A stretch of 64,000 nucleotides of DNA from a virus: IMG/VR virus record IMGVR_UViG_3300047509_000156, positions 1 to 64,000 of that record, one strand, 5' to 3'. The translations under genes and the position numbers were made by a program. Shown here piece by piece: positions 34,659-44,484 of the stretch. Every line of letters starts with the position of its first letter. The first letter of the stretch is position 1. The notes below the pieces were generated by a model. The model saw only the letters and a program-made list of their open reading frames with translations, ran no database searches and was not told where the DNA came from.

Positions 34659-35213
34659 TCAGTCTCTTCTGGTTAGCGTAACCTCTAGGTCATCTACCAC
34701 ATTCAGGTAGTGCCGGACACCCTGTAACTTCGTCACATCGTCAGGGAAGTCTACCTCTGGATTGTAGATGTGCCTGTAGGTGTAGTCGAAGTTGCACTTG
34801 ATCGGGTAGTGCCCCAACTTGTTCTCTTGCCGCCACTGCCGGGAGAAGTAGAGGTAGGACTGCTCCACGATGGGCGGGAAGAGATGTGTAGGATCACTAA
34901 CGGCACGCCAACTTGACCAGTAGGGCGTGATGATAACAGCCTTGCCGCCGGGGGCGAGGATTCGCCATAGTTCGTCGAAGAAGGCCATTCTTTCCGTGCC
35001 GTTCAGATGTTCAACGAAGTGGGCACACCGAACAGGCTCGACAGGTTCACCAATAAAATCCAGCCAGGGCCAGGGAGTGATGCGTAGATCCCACACCACA
35101 TCAGCGTCCGTGTCTCGCGATATATCAACGCCGACATGACCAGGCGCTTTCCGCCGGCCGCAAGCCAGATCAAGTTTAATGCCCACGGGTGGAGGACCTA
35201 GATTAATGCCCAT
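34659..35213 (-). CDS. Class I SAM methyltransferase domain protein (start MGINLG)
   Basis: LDLACG, GVDI...DVVWDL, HFVEHL, ELWRILAPGG, DPTH. Confidence 0.8.
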   Translation of the reverse strand: MGINLGPPPVGIKLDLACGRRKAPGHVGVDISRDTDADVVWDLRITPWPWLDFIGEPVEPVRCAHFVEHLNGTERMAFFDELWRILAPGGKAVIITPYWSSWRAVSDPTHLFPPIVEQSYLYFSRQWRQENKLGHYPIKCNFDYTYRHIYNPEVDFPDDVTKLQGVRHYLNVVDDLEVTLTRRD

Positions 35214-35673
35214 AAGTGGGGACCGGGTAAGGTGTCTCGCGGAGGAGCATTTGCAGGCCGACAGAGAGATTTTGGTCCTCGTAGAGCTGGAGCAGTTCCA
35301 CGTCGGAGAGGTAGCGGCCGTATTTCGACAACATCTCGTCTTCGAGTTTGCGGTTGAACTCTTCCTCGCTGCCCACCATGCCGGCAAAGCAAGCGGGGTC
35401 GCGATCGTAGCATTTACGGCAGATCAAGGCGATATGAACCGTCGTATCCTTGGGCACCTTGGAGAGCCACTTGCCGCAACTAACGCAGTAGGCTGGTATC
35501 GCCTCGACACGGACGCGGGTTCCGTCGGCGCATTCCCAAAGGCCTTGCTCCGAGCGGGCGTTTTTATCCGCGAGTCGGCTGTCAGGGAGAACGTTGAACT
35601 TGCTGGCGCCGCCCAAGAGGTGGGCCGTGAAATCGATGATGTGGGAGTTATCCGTCGTGATCTCGTTTTGCAT
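35203..35673 (-). CDS. Hypothetical Zn-binding protein
   Basis: CVSCG...CRKC; GGAGG RBS and TACAAT -10. Confidence 0.6.
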   Translation of the reverse strand: MQNEITTDNSHIIDFTAHLLGGASKFNVLPDSRLADKNARSEQGLWECADGTRVRVEAIPAYCVSCGKWLSKVPKDTTVHIALICRKCYDRDPACFAGMVGSEEEFNRKLEDEMLSKYGRYLSDVELLQLYEDQNLSVGLQMLLRETPYPVPTYGH

Positions 35674-35697
35674 CTGTCACCTCCGCGAGACATTGTA

Positions 35698-36381
35698 TCA
35701 CCAACCGTCTAATGGATTCCACGTCAGCCCCGATTCATCCTCGACCGTTGCCGGCCCCTTGATGGCAATAGACAATCCCACCCAGGGCGAGGACAGGCTG
35801 TTGACGGCCGTCTGGGTATCCCCAGCACCACCGGCTGTCACGGTGAGATGCCGCCAGCCCACGTCGGCGTTGAGTAGGGCGCCGCTGCCCGTTACCTGTC
35901 CCAGATCCGTCTGGGGTGAGTCCACGCTGATAGTCCCGGCCACGACGCCCCAGCCGGCGATGATGAGGTACTGCCCGCCTGCACTCAGCCCCGTATTGCC
36001 GCCATCGTCGAGACGGGTGTTCGTGTTCGTGTCACCTGTCGATAGGACGACAATCGGCCCCGATGCCTGCCCCGTGACTCGACAGACATAGACGATGGAC
36101 TCCGATCCCAAACCGGCGCCGTTGAACGCCTGCGTCGCCCCTTCACCACTGGCAATCTTCGTGTAGATGGCCAGATCACCCACACCGCCGTGCCAGGACT
36201 GCCTGGGTAACTGGAGCGTCCAGCCGGCCGGCGTCGTCGGGTTGGCAACGACTCCATTGGAAAACTCCAGCGCCACCAACAAATTGCCATCCACTGTCCC
36301 TGATGGCGTAGTCGGAGTCATACCTGTGCCGGCGCCGCCGTTGTCGGCTGTGGAGAAACTGGCTAGCGTCGGGAAGGACAT
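35698..36381 (-). CDS. S/T/G-rich beta-sandwich virion protein
   Basis: PSGTVDGNLLVA...TPAGWTL; paralog of 20282..21130; follows the tail genes. Confidence 0.65.
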   Translation of the reverse strand: MSFPTLASFSTADNGGAGTGMTPTTPSGTVDGNLLVALEFSNGVVANPTTPAGWTLQLPRQSWHGGVGDLAIYTKIASGEGATQAFNGAGLGSESIVYVCRVTGQASGPIVVLSTGDTNTNTRLDDGGNTGLSAGGQYLIIAGWGVVAGTISVDSPQTDLGQVTGSGALLNADVGWRHLTVTAGGAGDTQTAVNSLSSPWVGLSIAIKGPATVEDESGLTWNPLDGW

Positions 36382-36394
36382 CAGGGGTCCTTTC

Positions 36395-37942
36395 TCAGGG
36401 ATAGGGGGCGAATCCTACCAGAACGCCCTTGATGTAGGTGGCGATAAAAAATCCATTCAGTCCTTGAAAGACCTGGGCGCCCGTAAAGCCAGGAATAATG
36501 CTGCCGTTATTGATAAAGCCAGCAGAGCAGATGCCGAAGTTAAAGCCTCCAGTCAGCGGGTTGGCACTAATATCGCCACAGGTGACGCTCGGTACCGTGT
36601 TAAAAAAGGAAGTGGTGATGTAGACGCCGTTGGGCGGGTTTTGGATGTCGGCCAGGATGATCCGGTAGCCGCCCAAAAGCGCCTGGTTGGTCGGGTTAGG
36701 AAACGGCCCCACATCCAGAAAGGGAGAGCCAGGAAGCGTTGGACTGCCGAAGTTTGGCTGGCGTATCTGGAAATGCTGGTAGTTGAGCGAATCGACATAG
36801 TAGCGTAGCCCACCAAGAATGGTTGAACTGTTGGGATCGGGGGCGAGCGGCGTCGCCACGTCTACCAGTTCGATAGTAAGTTCCGGCCCCGTCACCTGAT
36901 TGGGCAAGCTCACGCCATACCAGCTTCCACCTACCTCCTGACTCCAGAAAGATCCGGAAACTCGTACTCCGTAATAGCCCTGGGCGGCGTCTGTTCCTGT
37001 AACAAACAGGAGTGTGCCAAGGATATTCTTGTCGCCGTTGAGAGTTTGCGGGCCGACAGTGATGATGCCGTTGTGGGTCGGATCGGCGAGAACCATATCC
37101 ACCGTAACTTCGACGGCCGTGTCCGGCGTGTAGATGTTCTTGTCCTTGCCGATGTCGAAGTACGTCAGGAATGGAGCACTCCACGAGTTTAAAAAGCCGA
37201 TCGCCGTCTGCATAAGAACGGTCGTGCCAGGAGTCGTTGAGAGGGGTAAACCGACGAGATACTCAATACTGTTAAATCCCTGTAACGTCTTGTTGAATTG
37301 CAACTCGCTGGGAGCAGGATAGGTAGGGTCTTTCAGAAGAATTGGCGTGCCGCCAAAGATCGGATAGTTGAGTCCATCGACATCGTTGTCGTCGAGACTT
37401 GTGATGCCTGTATCTTTGAACAGCCAGGTAGCGGGTTGCTGGTACATTGGATCGGGGATGTAGAGTGTCGCTTCCTGTTCGTATCCAGGAGTCAGGTACT
37501 GATAAGAACCAATCCTGACGCTCAGTTTTCCCGTTACTTCGTAGCAAATGCCGTAGCAGCCGCCGTCGAACGTCTGCTGGATAAACGGCTGACTCGGCGT
37601 GGACTGGTTGTAAGGCACATTAGTCGTCGTCATGACGAACTCCTGCGCCATGACCAGATTGCGCGGGTCGCTCACCCGGTAATCGACGATCTGCTGAAAG
37701 TAGTAAAGAGGCGTAACCAGACTGAGGCCGTTGTAGACGGCCACCTGTTGGCCGACGATCTTTACCCACATGGGCTTTTGTGCCACCTGGCGCGCCGATC
37801 TTGGCGGACTCACGTCTCCAGCGTCGCCGCCAAACTGATCCACGTCCCTCTGAACGCGGTCATCCAGACGCGCCAACTCGCTGAGGCGGATCGGCTGCCG
37901 AGAGTCCATCTTCCAGTCGGGGTGGTTCTTTGGATTGTCCAT
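36395..37942 (-). CDS. Tail tip/minor tail protein
   Basis: Position after the tape measure; GIITVGPQTLNGDK fibre-like motif. Confidence 0.6.
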   Translation of the reverse strand: MDNPKNHPDWKMDSRQPIRLSELARLDDRVQRDVDQFGGDAGDVSPPRSARQVAQKPMWVKIVGQQVAVYNGLSLVTPLYYFQQIVDYRVSDPRNLVMAQEFVMTTTNVPYNQSTPSQPFIQQTFDGGCYGICYEVTGKLSVRIGSYQYLTPGYEQEATLYIPDPMYQQPATWLFKDTGITSLDDNDVDGLNYPIFGGTPILLKDPTYPAPSELQFNKTLQGFNSIEYLVGLPLSTTPGTTVLMQTAIGFLNSWSAPFLTYFDIGKDKNIYTPDTAVEVTVDMVLADPTHNGIITVGPQTLNGDKNILGTLLFVTGTDAAQGYYGVRVSGSFWSQEVGGSWYGVSLPNQVTGPELTIELVDVATPLAPDPNSSTILGGLRYYVDSLNYQHFQIRQPNFGSPTLPGSPFLDVGPFPNPTNQALLGGYRIILADIQNPPNGVYITTSFFNTVPSVTCGDISANPLTGGFNFGICSAGFINNGSIIPGFTGAQVFQGLNGFFIATYIKGVLVGFAPYP

Positions 37943-37944
37943 GT

Positions 37945-39162
37945 TTAGCTGAGGATAAAGTCGGGTGCAAAAAGATAGGCCGGGTTTCTAGCCTGAAAGA
38001 ATTCGGTGCCGTTAAATGTCGCCGTCTTGTAGGGAACAATTCCAAAGGGATCGTTTTGTATCGGCGTTGTCGTGCCGCTCGACGAGAAGGGCCACCAGTA
38101 GAACTGACCGTTGTACACCCTGGGAACGGCATTGTGACCGGCAGCCACGCTGGTTCCCGCTGGTACCGTGGCGTCCCAGCCGGCGAGAGTCCAGTTGGGC
38201 TGGAAAAGGAAGTTGTGCGCCACGTTCATGACACGATAACCCAAAGGTGAATAGCCTGGCTCAAACTCGGAGGTAAGATATTTGAGCGTCCCCGGAGGGT
38301 AGCGATCGAAACTGAACTGGTTTACCGTGTTGGCGAGTATGGCAATCGTGTTAAAGGGAATGGCGGAATAGGGAACGTTCATCCACACGTAACGAATATA
38401 GGCACGGAATACTGGGACGATTAATCCAGAAGGTACGAAGGGAGGTTCCAGCGTTGCCGGGTCGCTGGTCAGTCTGTTGTATCGTGGCGGTCCCTGGGGA
38501 ATCTCAACCGTCGTTGGCGCCGGCTTGATGTACTTGGCAATGTAACGGCTGCTTTCCCAGCCGTAGTAGCCCAGAATAAATCCCTCGTGCGGGTTAGCGT
38601 TGTCGAAACTTCCGTAGGCCGGTGGAACGCTGCCCATCAGCGTGGTGGCAAAAGCGTCGTTGTAGATGTAATAGGGTAAGGCGTTGTACTCGACCGTGAA
38701 GCGAACCGCGTCGTAGACCGGAGTTGGACCCCACGTCACAGGAATCGTGGACAGTCCAGTTGGTTCCGCCGCACCCTTACCCATCGGTTCGGCTCTGGGG
38801 ATCGACGTGGCCCACAGAAACGGTACGCCGTTGGGGCTGAAAGGAAGAACGGGCGGATTCGTGTCCGGATCGGGCACGGGAGGATAATAAGCTGGTACGG
38901 CTCGCGAGAGATACTTGGTCGGCCTACCAAGGACGCTGTTGCCGTTCTGGACGTTGGCAAAGCCAAGAAGCGCCTTGGCGGCGGCGTGCCGGCCGCCGTC
39001 GTCGGTGTTGGTGTATTTCGGGTTGGGCGGCGGCGTCTTGTAGGCCAGGCGGGTTTTGAGGGTGCGGATAAATCTGCCGGAGTCGGAGGCATACTGGCTC
39101 TCGGGCGACTTGTGGCCACCAGCCTCGCATTCTTCCTGGAATTCCACACCGTTGATGTTCAT
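37945..39162 (-). CDS. Minor tail (distal tail/hub-like) protein
   Basis: Immediately downstream of the tape measure; aromatic/Pro-rich, beta-type composition. Confidence 0.6.
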   Translation of the reverse strand: MNINGVEFQEECEAGGHKSPESQYASDSGRFIRTLKTRLAYKTPPPNPKYTNTDDGGRHAAAKALLGFANVQNGNSVLGRPTKYLSRAVPAYYPPVPDPDTNPPVLPFSPNGVPFLWATSIPRAEPMGKGAAEPTGLSTIPVTWGPTPVYDAVRFTVEYNALPYYIYNDAFATTLMGSVPPAYGSFDNANPHEGFILGYYGWESSRYIAKYIKPAPTTVEIPQGPPRYNRLTSDPATLEPPFVPSGLIVPVFRAYIRYVWMNVPYSAIPFNTIAILANTVNQFSFDRYPPGTLKYLTSEFEPGYSPLGYRVMNVAHNFLFQPNWTLAGWDATVPAGTSVAAGHNAVPRVYNGQFYWWPFSSSGTTTPIQNDPFGIVPYKTATFNGTEFFQARNPAYLFAPDFILS

Positions 39163-39165
39163 AAC

Positions 39166-41244
39166 TCACCGAAAGGCTGGGAAGATGTTCTGTGTGTTTC
39201 GGTCGATATTTTCCAGGCTGCCGCCGAGAGCCTTGAGATTTTGCATCTGAAGCTGAAAGAGTCGATTCTCGACGCTGCCGGCACCCATATTGATGGAGCG
39301 GTCCACGAGTCTCTGGTAGGACTCCTCCGCACCCATCATGCCGCCTTTCGGCAAACCCTGCATGGAAAAAAGATCGGTTTTTTCACCCATTATTCTAAGT
39401 CCAAGGTTCGTTGCCGCACGGCGTAAAGCCAGAGAGCCTGTGCTCTCGGCAAGTTTAGCCTTGAATATCTCCCATGCTCCAGCGGCACGGCCGGCTTCCT
39501 GCGGCGATGCGGCAGCGACGATGGAGTCAAACATATGCTTAACGGCGGACATCGCCTCGGCGCCTCCAGCAGCGGCCATGCCGGCATCCTTGCTGGCAAT
39601 ACCACCAGCAAGCCGTCCTGCTCCGCCAGCCAAACGGCCTAAATCGCCGCCGGCACGGCTAACAGCCTCGGCGCCACGCATAAAGGTAGCGGCGGCGCGA
39701 CCGTACTTGTCGTCCATCTGCTGGCGGGCGATCTCCTTCTGGAGGTTAATGAGTTCTTTCTGGTCCTGGGCATCCTGTTGGCGTTGTTCCTTTCCTGCTG
39801 GAGACGACATGGCTGTCAGTTGGTTACGACGCTCCAGGATCTCCTTCTGAAGTTCGACGCCGTGCAGTTGACGCTGATGGAGATACTCCGCTTGCTCGTG
39901 CTGGCGGACTGTTGGGTCTTGCCGCATTGCCAGGTTCGCCCTGGCTTCTGCTATCTCCTGTCTCTGCTGGGAAGGACGAATAACTTCCTGTATCTTGCGC
40001 AGTTCCGCCTGTTCGTTCTGAAGCCTCTGCGCCATCGCCTTGCCTTCATCGCTCATACCGAATCGCAACTCTTGTTTCTGGGCACGAACTTCTTCGATGC
40101 GCGCCTGTGCTGCTCTTTCGGGAGCCTTGAGCATCTCACGACTTCTCGCGTCCCTGGCAATGCGCTCTGCTTCTGCGTCTTCCTTATCGGTAAACGGACG
40201 CAGTTCTGCCTTAATCTGTTCGGCGGCACGCATGGCATCGATACGCGCCAACGATTCGCCCACGGCGGCATCGCGAGCTACGGCGTTTGTCCTGAGCAGT
40301 TCAAGTTGCTTTTCAAGATTGTCTCGATCGTCCCGTGCCGCTCTGAGTCTCTTATCGGCGGCTTCCAGTGCCTTATCCTCTGTCAGTTGTTTTCCTTCCG
40401 GGGAGAACGTCTTGATCTCCCTTTCCTTCTCGGCAATACCCCTCTGGAGTTGCATGGTTCGCGACTCTTCCGCGAACCTCTGTCTCTCCTGTGCTTCTCC
40501 TGCTGGTTTGTTGAGCAGATCCAACCTCTTCTGGAGTTCGTCCGCGTCGCTCTTACGTCCTTCTTCAGCGATACGCTGCTGCTGTTCGTACAACTCGTCG
40601 GCGCGTGGTTTCCCTTGGCCTTGGAGGAAGGCACGACTTTCCTCCATACGATCAGCCTGGGCACGAGCGTCGCTGATGGCTTTATCCAGTGCTGCTGTAC
40701 GGTTTTCGTCGGTTAATGGTTTGCCGACGCCCGTCTCAAAGGATCGCTGTGCCTGCTTCTCCGCTGTCTCGGTGCGCGTCACCTGGAGTGACGCCCTGGC
40801 TTCCTCGATCCGCCGTGCCGTGTCAGCAGGCTGGCTGATTTGTGTTCTCTGCGCCGCTGAAGTGATCTGCTCCTGCATCGCCTGCCGTGTCTGTCTGGCA
40901 ATGGCAAGTTGGGCAATCGCAGCGGCGTTTTGCTCCGTCAGAGGATTGACGCCAGGCTGCAACTGGCCCATGCGGGCTTGCTCGACGCGCCGTGCCATCT
41001 GGAGAACAGACGACTGAGCGTGAATGGCATCCTGAAGGAACTGCTCAATGAGAGGTGGGACAAGCGGGTTGTTTAATCCGCCGCCTGGACCGCCAGGAAG
41101 GCTTTCGATCTGCGACTTTATCCTCTGCCGTGTCAGATCGATAGCGGCGTTCGATTGGATCGTCTGCGTCATCCCTTCCAGAGTGGCAATAAGCCTCTCC
41201 AGAAGGTGTGCCGGCCCCAATCCTTCCAGTGAGCGTTCCGCCAT
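39166..41244 (-). CDS. Probable tail tape measure protein
   Basis: 692-aa helical A/E/Q/R-rich ORF after the frameshifted chaperone pair. Confidence 0.7.
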   Translation of the reverse strand: MAERSLEGLGPAHLLERLIATLEGMTQTIQSNAAIDLTRQRIKSQIESLPGGPGGGLNNPLVPPLIEQFLQDAIHAQSSVLQMARRVEQARMGQLQPGVNPLTEQNAAAIAQLAIARQTRQAMQEQITSAAQRTQISQPADTARRIEEARASLQVTRTETAEKQAQRSFETGVGKPLTDENRTAALDKAISDARAQADRMEESRAFLQGQGKPRADELYEQQQRIAEEGRKSDADELQKRLDLLNKPAGEAQERQRFAEESRTMQLQRGIAEKEREIKTFSPEGKQLTEDKALEAADKRLRAARDDRDNLEKQLELLRTNAVARDAAVGESLARIDAMRAAEQIKAELRPFTDKEDAEAERIARDARSREMLKAPERAAQARIEEVRAQKQELRFGMSDEGKAMAQRLQNEQAELRKIQEVIRPSQQRQEIAEARANLAMRQDPTVRQHEQAEYLHQRQLHGVELQKEILERRNQLTAMSSPAGKEQRQQDAQDQKELINLQKEIARQQMDDKYGRAAATFMRGAEAVSRAGGDLGRLAGGAGRLAGGIASKDAGMAAAGGAEAMSAVKHMFDSIVAAASPQEAGRAAGAWEIFKAKLAESTGSLALRRAATNLGLRIMGEKTDLFSMQGLPKGGMMGAEESYQRLVDRSINMGAGSVENRLFQLQMQNLKALGGSLENIDRNTQNIFPAFR

Positions 41245-41247
41245 AGA

Positions 41248-41646
41248 TCACCTGAACGTCGGTTGTTCCCGTTCCCCTGCTTCCATTCGCCAGCGGTTCT
41301 CCTCTTCCTGTTGCTTCTTCCTGTTTACCGCCTCTGCTGCCCATTGTGTTGACCGTCTCCAGCCAAACCCCTCGTTCAGGTGCTTATTCCTCATCGTCTC
41401 GTAGAAGTTGTCCTCGTACTCGTCCACGAGGATCTGGCCGAACTCATCGGTTGCCGAGCAGAGTAGGCGGAATATTTCCCATCTTGTAAGTGTTCCTACT
41501 TCATCGCGGCTCATACGCCAGGGGGCACGACGGAAGAGGGCGTAGACTCTGCGGTGGAAGGTGTAGGGACGACCGTCGCCAAGAATGGTGAACTTCCAGT
41601 TTCCGTTATCGTTTCCCCGCTCATCGGCGGGGCTTGTCCGTTTCCC
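41248..41646 (-). CDS. Tail assembly chaperone, -1 frameshift extension (gpT-like)
   Basis: -1 frame is open from the slippery site (GKRTSPADE...). Confidence 0.75.
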   Translation of the reverse strand, partial: GKRTSPADERGNDNGNWKFTILGDGRPYTFHRRVYALFRRAPWRMSRDEVGTLTRWEIFRLLCSATDEFGQILVDEYEDNFYETMRNKHLNEGFGWRRSTQWAAEAVNRKKQQEEENRWRMEAGEREQPTFR

Positions 41647-42089
41647 TCCGATACCGGAAAGTCGTTCTTCAGCACCCTGAGCGTCAAGTCGGCCCAGGAT
41701 TCCTTGTCGTTGTTCTTGATCCACGAGAGTTCATCGGGTTTGATGGGCGTGCTTCCGTACTTCGCCTGGCCCATCTGGAACTTGAGTAGGATGTACTCGA
41801 ATAGGCCGAACTCCGTGAACAGCCACTTGAGCGAGCATGGCGTGCCAAAGGCGTATTCATTGCCGGCCTGTCTCTCAAGGAAAGTGTCCTCGATCCGGTG
41901 AAAATTGTCCGCCGATGAGAATTCCCGCAGCGCCATCATACGGTTGAAGGCCCACTGCTCATGTCGCGTCTGGAATCGCAACTCCATGTCCATGTCGCAC
42001 GGTGCCAGGATATAGCGATTCTTTCTCTCTCCCTGCCCATACCACCACTCGACGGGAGCCTTGAGGAGCAATTGCGCGTCGGACGGCAC
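41511..42089 (-). CDS. Tail assembly chaperone (gpG-like)
   Basis: Between major tail and tape measure genes; contains an in-frame G GGA AAC. Confidence 0.75.
   Translation of the reverse strand: MPSDAQLLLKAPVEWWYGQGERKNRYILAPCDMDMELRFQTRHEQWAFNRMMALREFSSADNFHRIEDTFLERQAGNEYAFGTPCSLKWLFTEFGLFEYILLKFQMGQAKYGSTPIKPDELSWIKNNDKESWADLTLRVLKNDFPVSEGNGQAPPMSGETITETGSSPFLATVVPTPSTAESTPSSVVPPGV
41640..41646 (-). other. Programmed -1 ribosomal frameshift site GGGAAAC
   Basis: X XXY YYZ heptamer in the correct frame (GAG GGA AAC). Confidence 0.85.
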
Positions 42090-42127
42090 GATAATTCCTT
42101 TGATAAGATCGGGCGAACCTTATCTTA

Positions 42128-42631
42128 TCACGTAATACCAGGCCCGTATGTGGTCGCGTTCGTCGTCCACGGTTCGTGGTAACCGCCATCGGACTCGCCG
42201 TGGATGGTAACAGGTTGGGCGCCAGGGACTCGGCCGCCATGATCGATCTGGCCGACGCAGACGGCCGGGAAGTTCCAGCCGTTCGTGCCGGTTCCAGAAG
42301 GCTCGATCTTGACGGAATAGAACTCACCGATGGACAGGGAAATGGGAGTGAGGAAGGGGTTGGCGGCGTCGTCGAAGGTCATGTTACGAATCGTGACCCG
42401 CGCCACGGGCACGTCGGCGAGTTTGGCGCTGCTGCCCAGCCAGGTGGCGCCGACGCCAGGGCCTGTCGTCTTGCCGTTGGGAAGGACGAAGTTGGGACCG
42501 GCGATGGAGGTGGGGATGCCCTCGGTGTTGCTCATGTCGAGCAACTGGGCAGTTTCCTGCACGTTCCATTCCTGGGTCGCGTACAGTGTTCCCGCGATGG
42601 TTATGCGGGCATCGACGGCACGGCGGCGCAT
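42128..42631 (-). CDS. Probable major tail (tube) protein
   Basis: Position upstream of the chaperones; W...E....LDMSN...GESDG pattern. Confidence 0.65.
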   Translation of the reverse strand: MRRRAVDARITIAGTLYATQEWNVQETAQLLDMSNTEGIPTSIAGPNFVLPNGKTTGPGVGATWLGSSAKLADVPVARVTIRNMTFDDAANPFLTPISLSIGEFYSVKIEPSGTGTNGWNFPAVCVGQIDHGGRVPGAQPVTIHGESDGGYHEPWTTNATTYGPGIT

Positions 42632-42700
42632 GGGATACCTCTTCTCTGGGGTGTTCCGGCCCCGCGCGAATCCTAGCAGAAGAGGCGTATATGGGAACAG

Positions 42701-43222
42701 TCAGCCCGTTCCCTGACAGGGTTCAACCACCTCGAAGGAGATGTGAAGCGCCGACACGTCGTAGTTCTCGTACCACGCCGGCCTGTCGATGGGAGGGTCC
42801 TCGTCGTAGTTTACCTCGTAGAGTTCGCTGTACTGCCCTGTGACCGTAACCTCCGTTGGAGACCCGGCGACGGCGCGGACGCAGATTTGCTGCCAGGAGA
42901 GGTAATCTGGAAGTCCTGCCGTGTTGTCGAGGTTTCCTGCTGCGATGCGGGTGAGTTCGACGATGTAGGTGTTCAGTTTCGTGTTCAGGCCGTTGGCGCG
43001 GGGATCGGCTGTCGTGTTCCAGACGGAGCGGACTGGACGCCCTGAGCAGGTGACGTAGATGAGGGGAAGATTCTCAGGAACGATGTCGGCCTCTTTTTTC
43101 GGCACTTTTCCAGTTATAACCGTGACCGGCGTGCCATTCGTTGTCGCCAGGCTCAGGCCGCTGACGACGTTGTAGGTGCCAACGAGAAGATCATTCCAAT
43201 TGGATACGGGTGTGGTAGGCAT
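42701..43222 (-). CDS. Probable tail terminator/completion protein
   Basis: Position upstream of the tail tube gene; LPLIYV motif; leaderless TAGAAT-N6-ATG. Confidence 0.55.
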   Translation of the reverse strand: MPTTPVSNWNDLLVGTYNVVSGLSLATTNGTPVTVITGKVPKKEADIVPENLPLIYVTCSGRPVRSVWNTTADPRANGLNTKLNTYIVELTRIAAGNLDNTAGLPDYLSWQQICVRAVAGSPTEVTVTGQYSELYEVNYDEDPPIDRPAWYENYDVSALHISFEVVEPCQGTG

Positions 43223-43226
43223 GCCG

Positions 43227-44003
43227 CTATTCTAGCGGCGGCAGGCCGACAGCGGCGCGGCCATAGGCGATGCAGGCTTTCGACAGATAGGCGTTGGCGT
43301 CGATAATCGAGTTGTACCGGCGGCGAAGAGGCTCTCGAAACCCATCTCTTTCGTCAACTTCTCCTTCCAAGAGGCCAGCAACGCCTTTCACAATCATGCT
43401 TCTGTCTTCAGGACTGACATATGGATACTCGCCAAGGTATTCAAGAATACTGCAATACCAGCGGTAGTATTCCCTTCCCTCGAAAATTGGTACTACTGTT
43501 GACGGCGCACGGTCGCGTAGTACGACCTCCTCGATGGGGTGTTTGCTGAAGATAATGTCGGCGTGCTTGAGGAACCGTTCCTGCGTCAGGGCGATCCGGG
43601 CGATGAATCCACGACGGAAGACGACGCTCATATCGCCGGGACGCATATCGCGATAGAGAGGTTCGCGGTTGTGCAGGCACTGTAGCGGCATGTCGCCTGT
43701 CATCTCTTCCCAGACGAGTGGAAAAAGTTCTAACTCGCGGTAGAGGATATCCCTGGTGTCCATGTCGTCGCAAGCACAAGTGCCGTTTGTGTGCTGCCCA
43801 CCGCCACGCTTGCGGACACAGGAACCACAGGAGCATTTCTGACGCACCGGATCGAGCGTCAACTGGCCACGGATAAAATCGGCCAGGTTGTCGCGGCCGT
43901 TTTCCTCGAACCAGTCGGCCAGTGCCAGACGCGGTAGATCGTCTCGTGGGGATTCGAGGATAGAGTACATCAGGCTGACGCCGGTATCGACGGTCAATCG
44001 CAT
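43227..44003 (-). CDS. TIGR02996 domain protein (Planctomycetes-type); start MRLTVD
   Basis: SILESPRDDLPRLALADWFEENG...ADFIRGQ; FRRGFI. Confidence 0.85.
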   Translation of the reverse strand: MRLTVDTGVSLMYSILESPRDDLPRLALADWFEENGRDNLADFIRGQLTLDPVRQKCSCGSCVRKRGGGQHTNGTCACDDMDTRDILYRELELFPLVWEEMTGDMPLQCLHNREPLYRDMRPGDMSVVFRRGFIARIALTQERFLKHADIIFSKHPIEEVVLRDRAPSTVVPIFEGREYYRWYCSILEYLGEYPYVSPEDRSMIVKGVAGLLEGEVDERDGFREPLRRRYNSIIDANAYLSKACIAYGRAAVGLPPLE

Positions 44004-44145
44004 ATCCTCCTGGCGATCGTGGTCCAGTATGCCAGTTTTTTGCGGAGTATCGGCGCACAGGTGATAACCGTGCCGTCCTTCACGGTAAAGCCGGCACAAA
44101 GATAGGACGTGGTTACTTGATACAGGCCATCAGCAAGGTTTGTTT

Positions 44146-44484
44146 TCACAGCTTAACCACACTGCCGTCGCAAATTTCGTTCAGGAACGGATATTCGGCA
44201 TTCTGCGGGTGATCGTAGTATTTCCTGCCGCAGTCCGAGCAGACGCAATCGCCACCGCAGCGGTCCCGGTCGAGGCGCGCCACGTCCTTACATCGCAGCA
44301 CCTCACGTGTCCTTGACGTGGCTACCTGTCGTCTCTCGACGGCGTGGAGCCAGCACAGATGGGTGAGGCTATCGCCTCACCCAGATGGGTGGGTTACTGG
44401 CAGGCTGGCGTCGGGAACGCTATCGCAATACTCCGTCGCCTCGTCGCAGAAAGCACACGTCAGGGATACTTCGGCTGGTTTCAT
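44146..44484 (-). pseudogene. Two-Zn-finger ORF with an in-frame UGA at codon 36 (pseudogene or recoded)
   Basis: ATGA-coupled start; CAFC...SG*GDSLTHLCWLH...CVCSDCG..Y.DHP...CDG; UGA at 44377-44379 lies in a 10-bp hairpin. Confidence 0.55.

Noticed and set aside
39778-41017. Two long plus-strand ORFs (312 and 325 aa)
   Set aside because: Antisense shadows of the tape measure gene.
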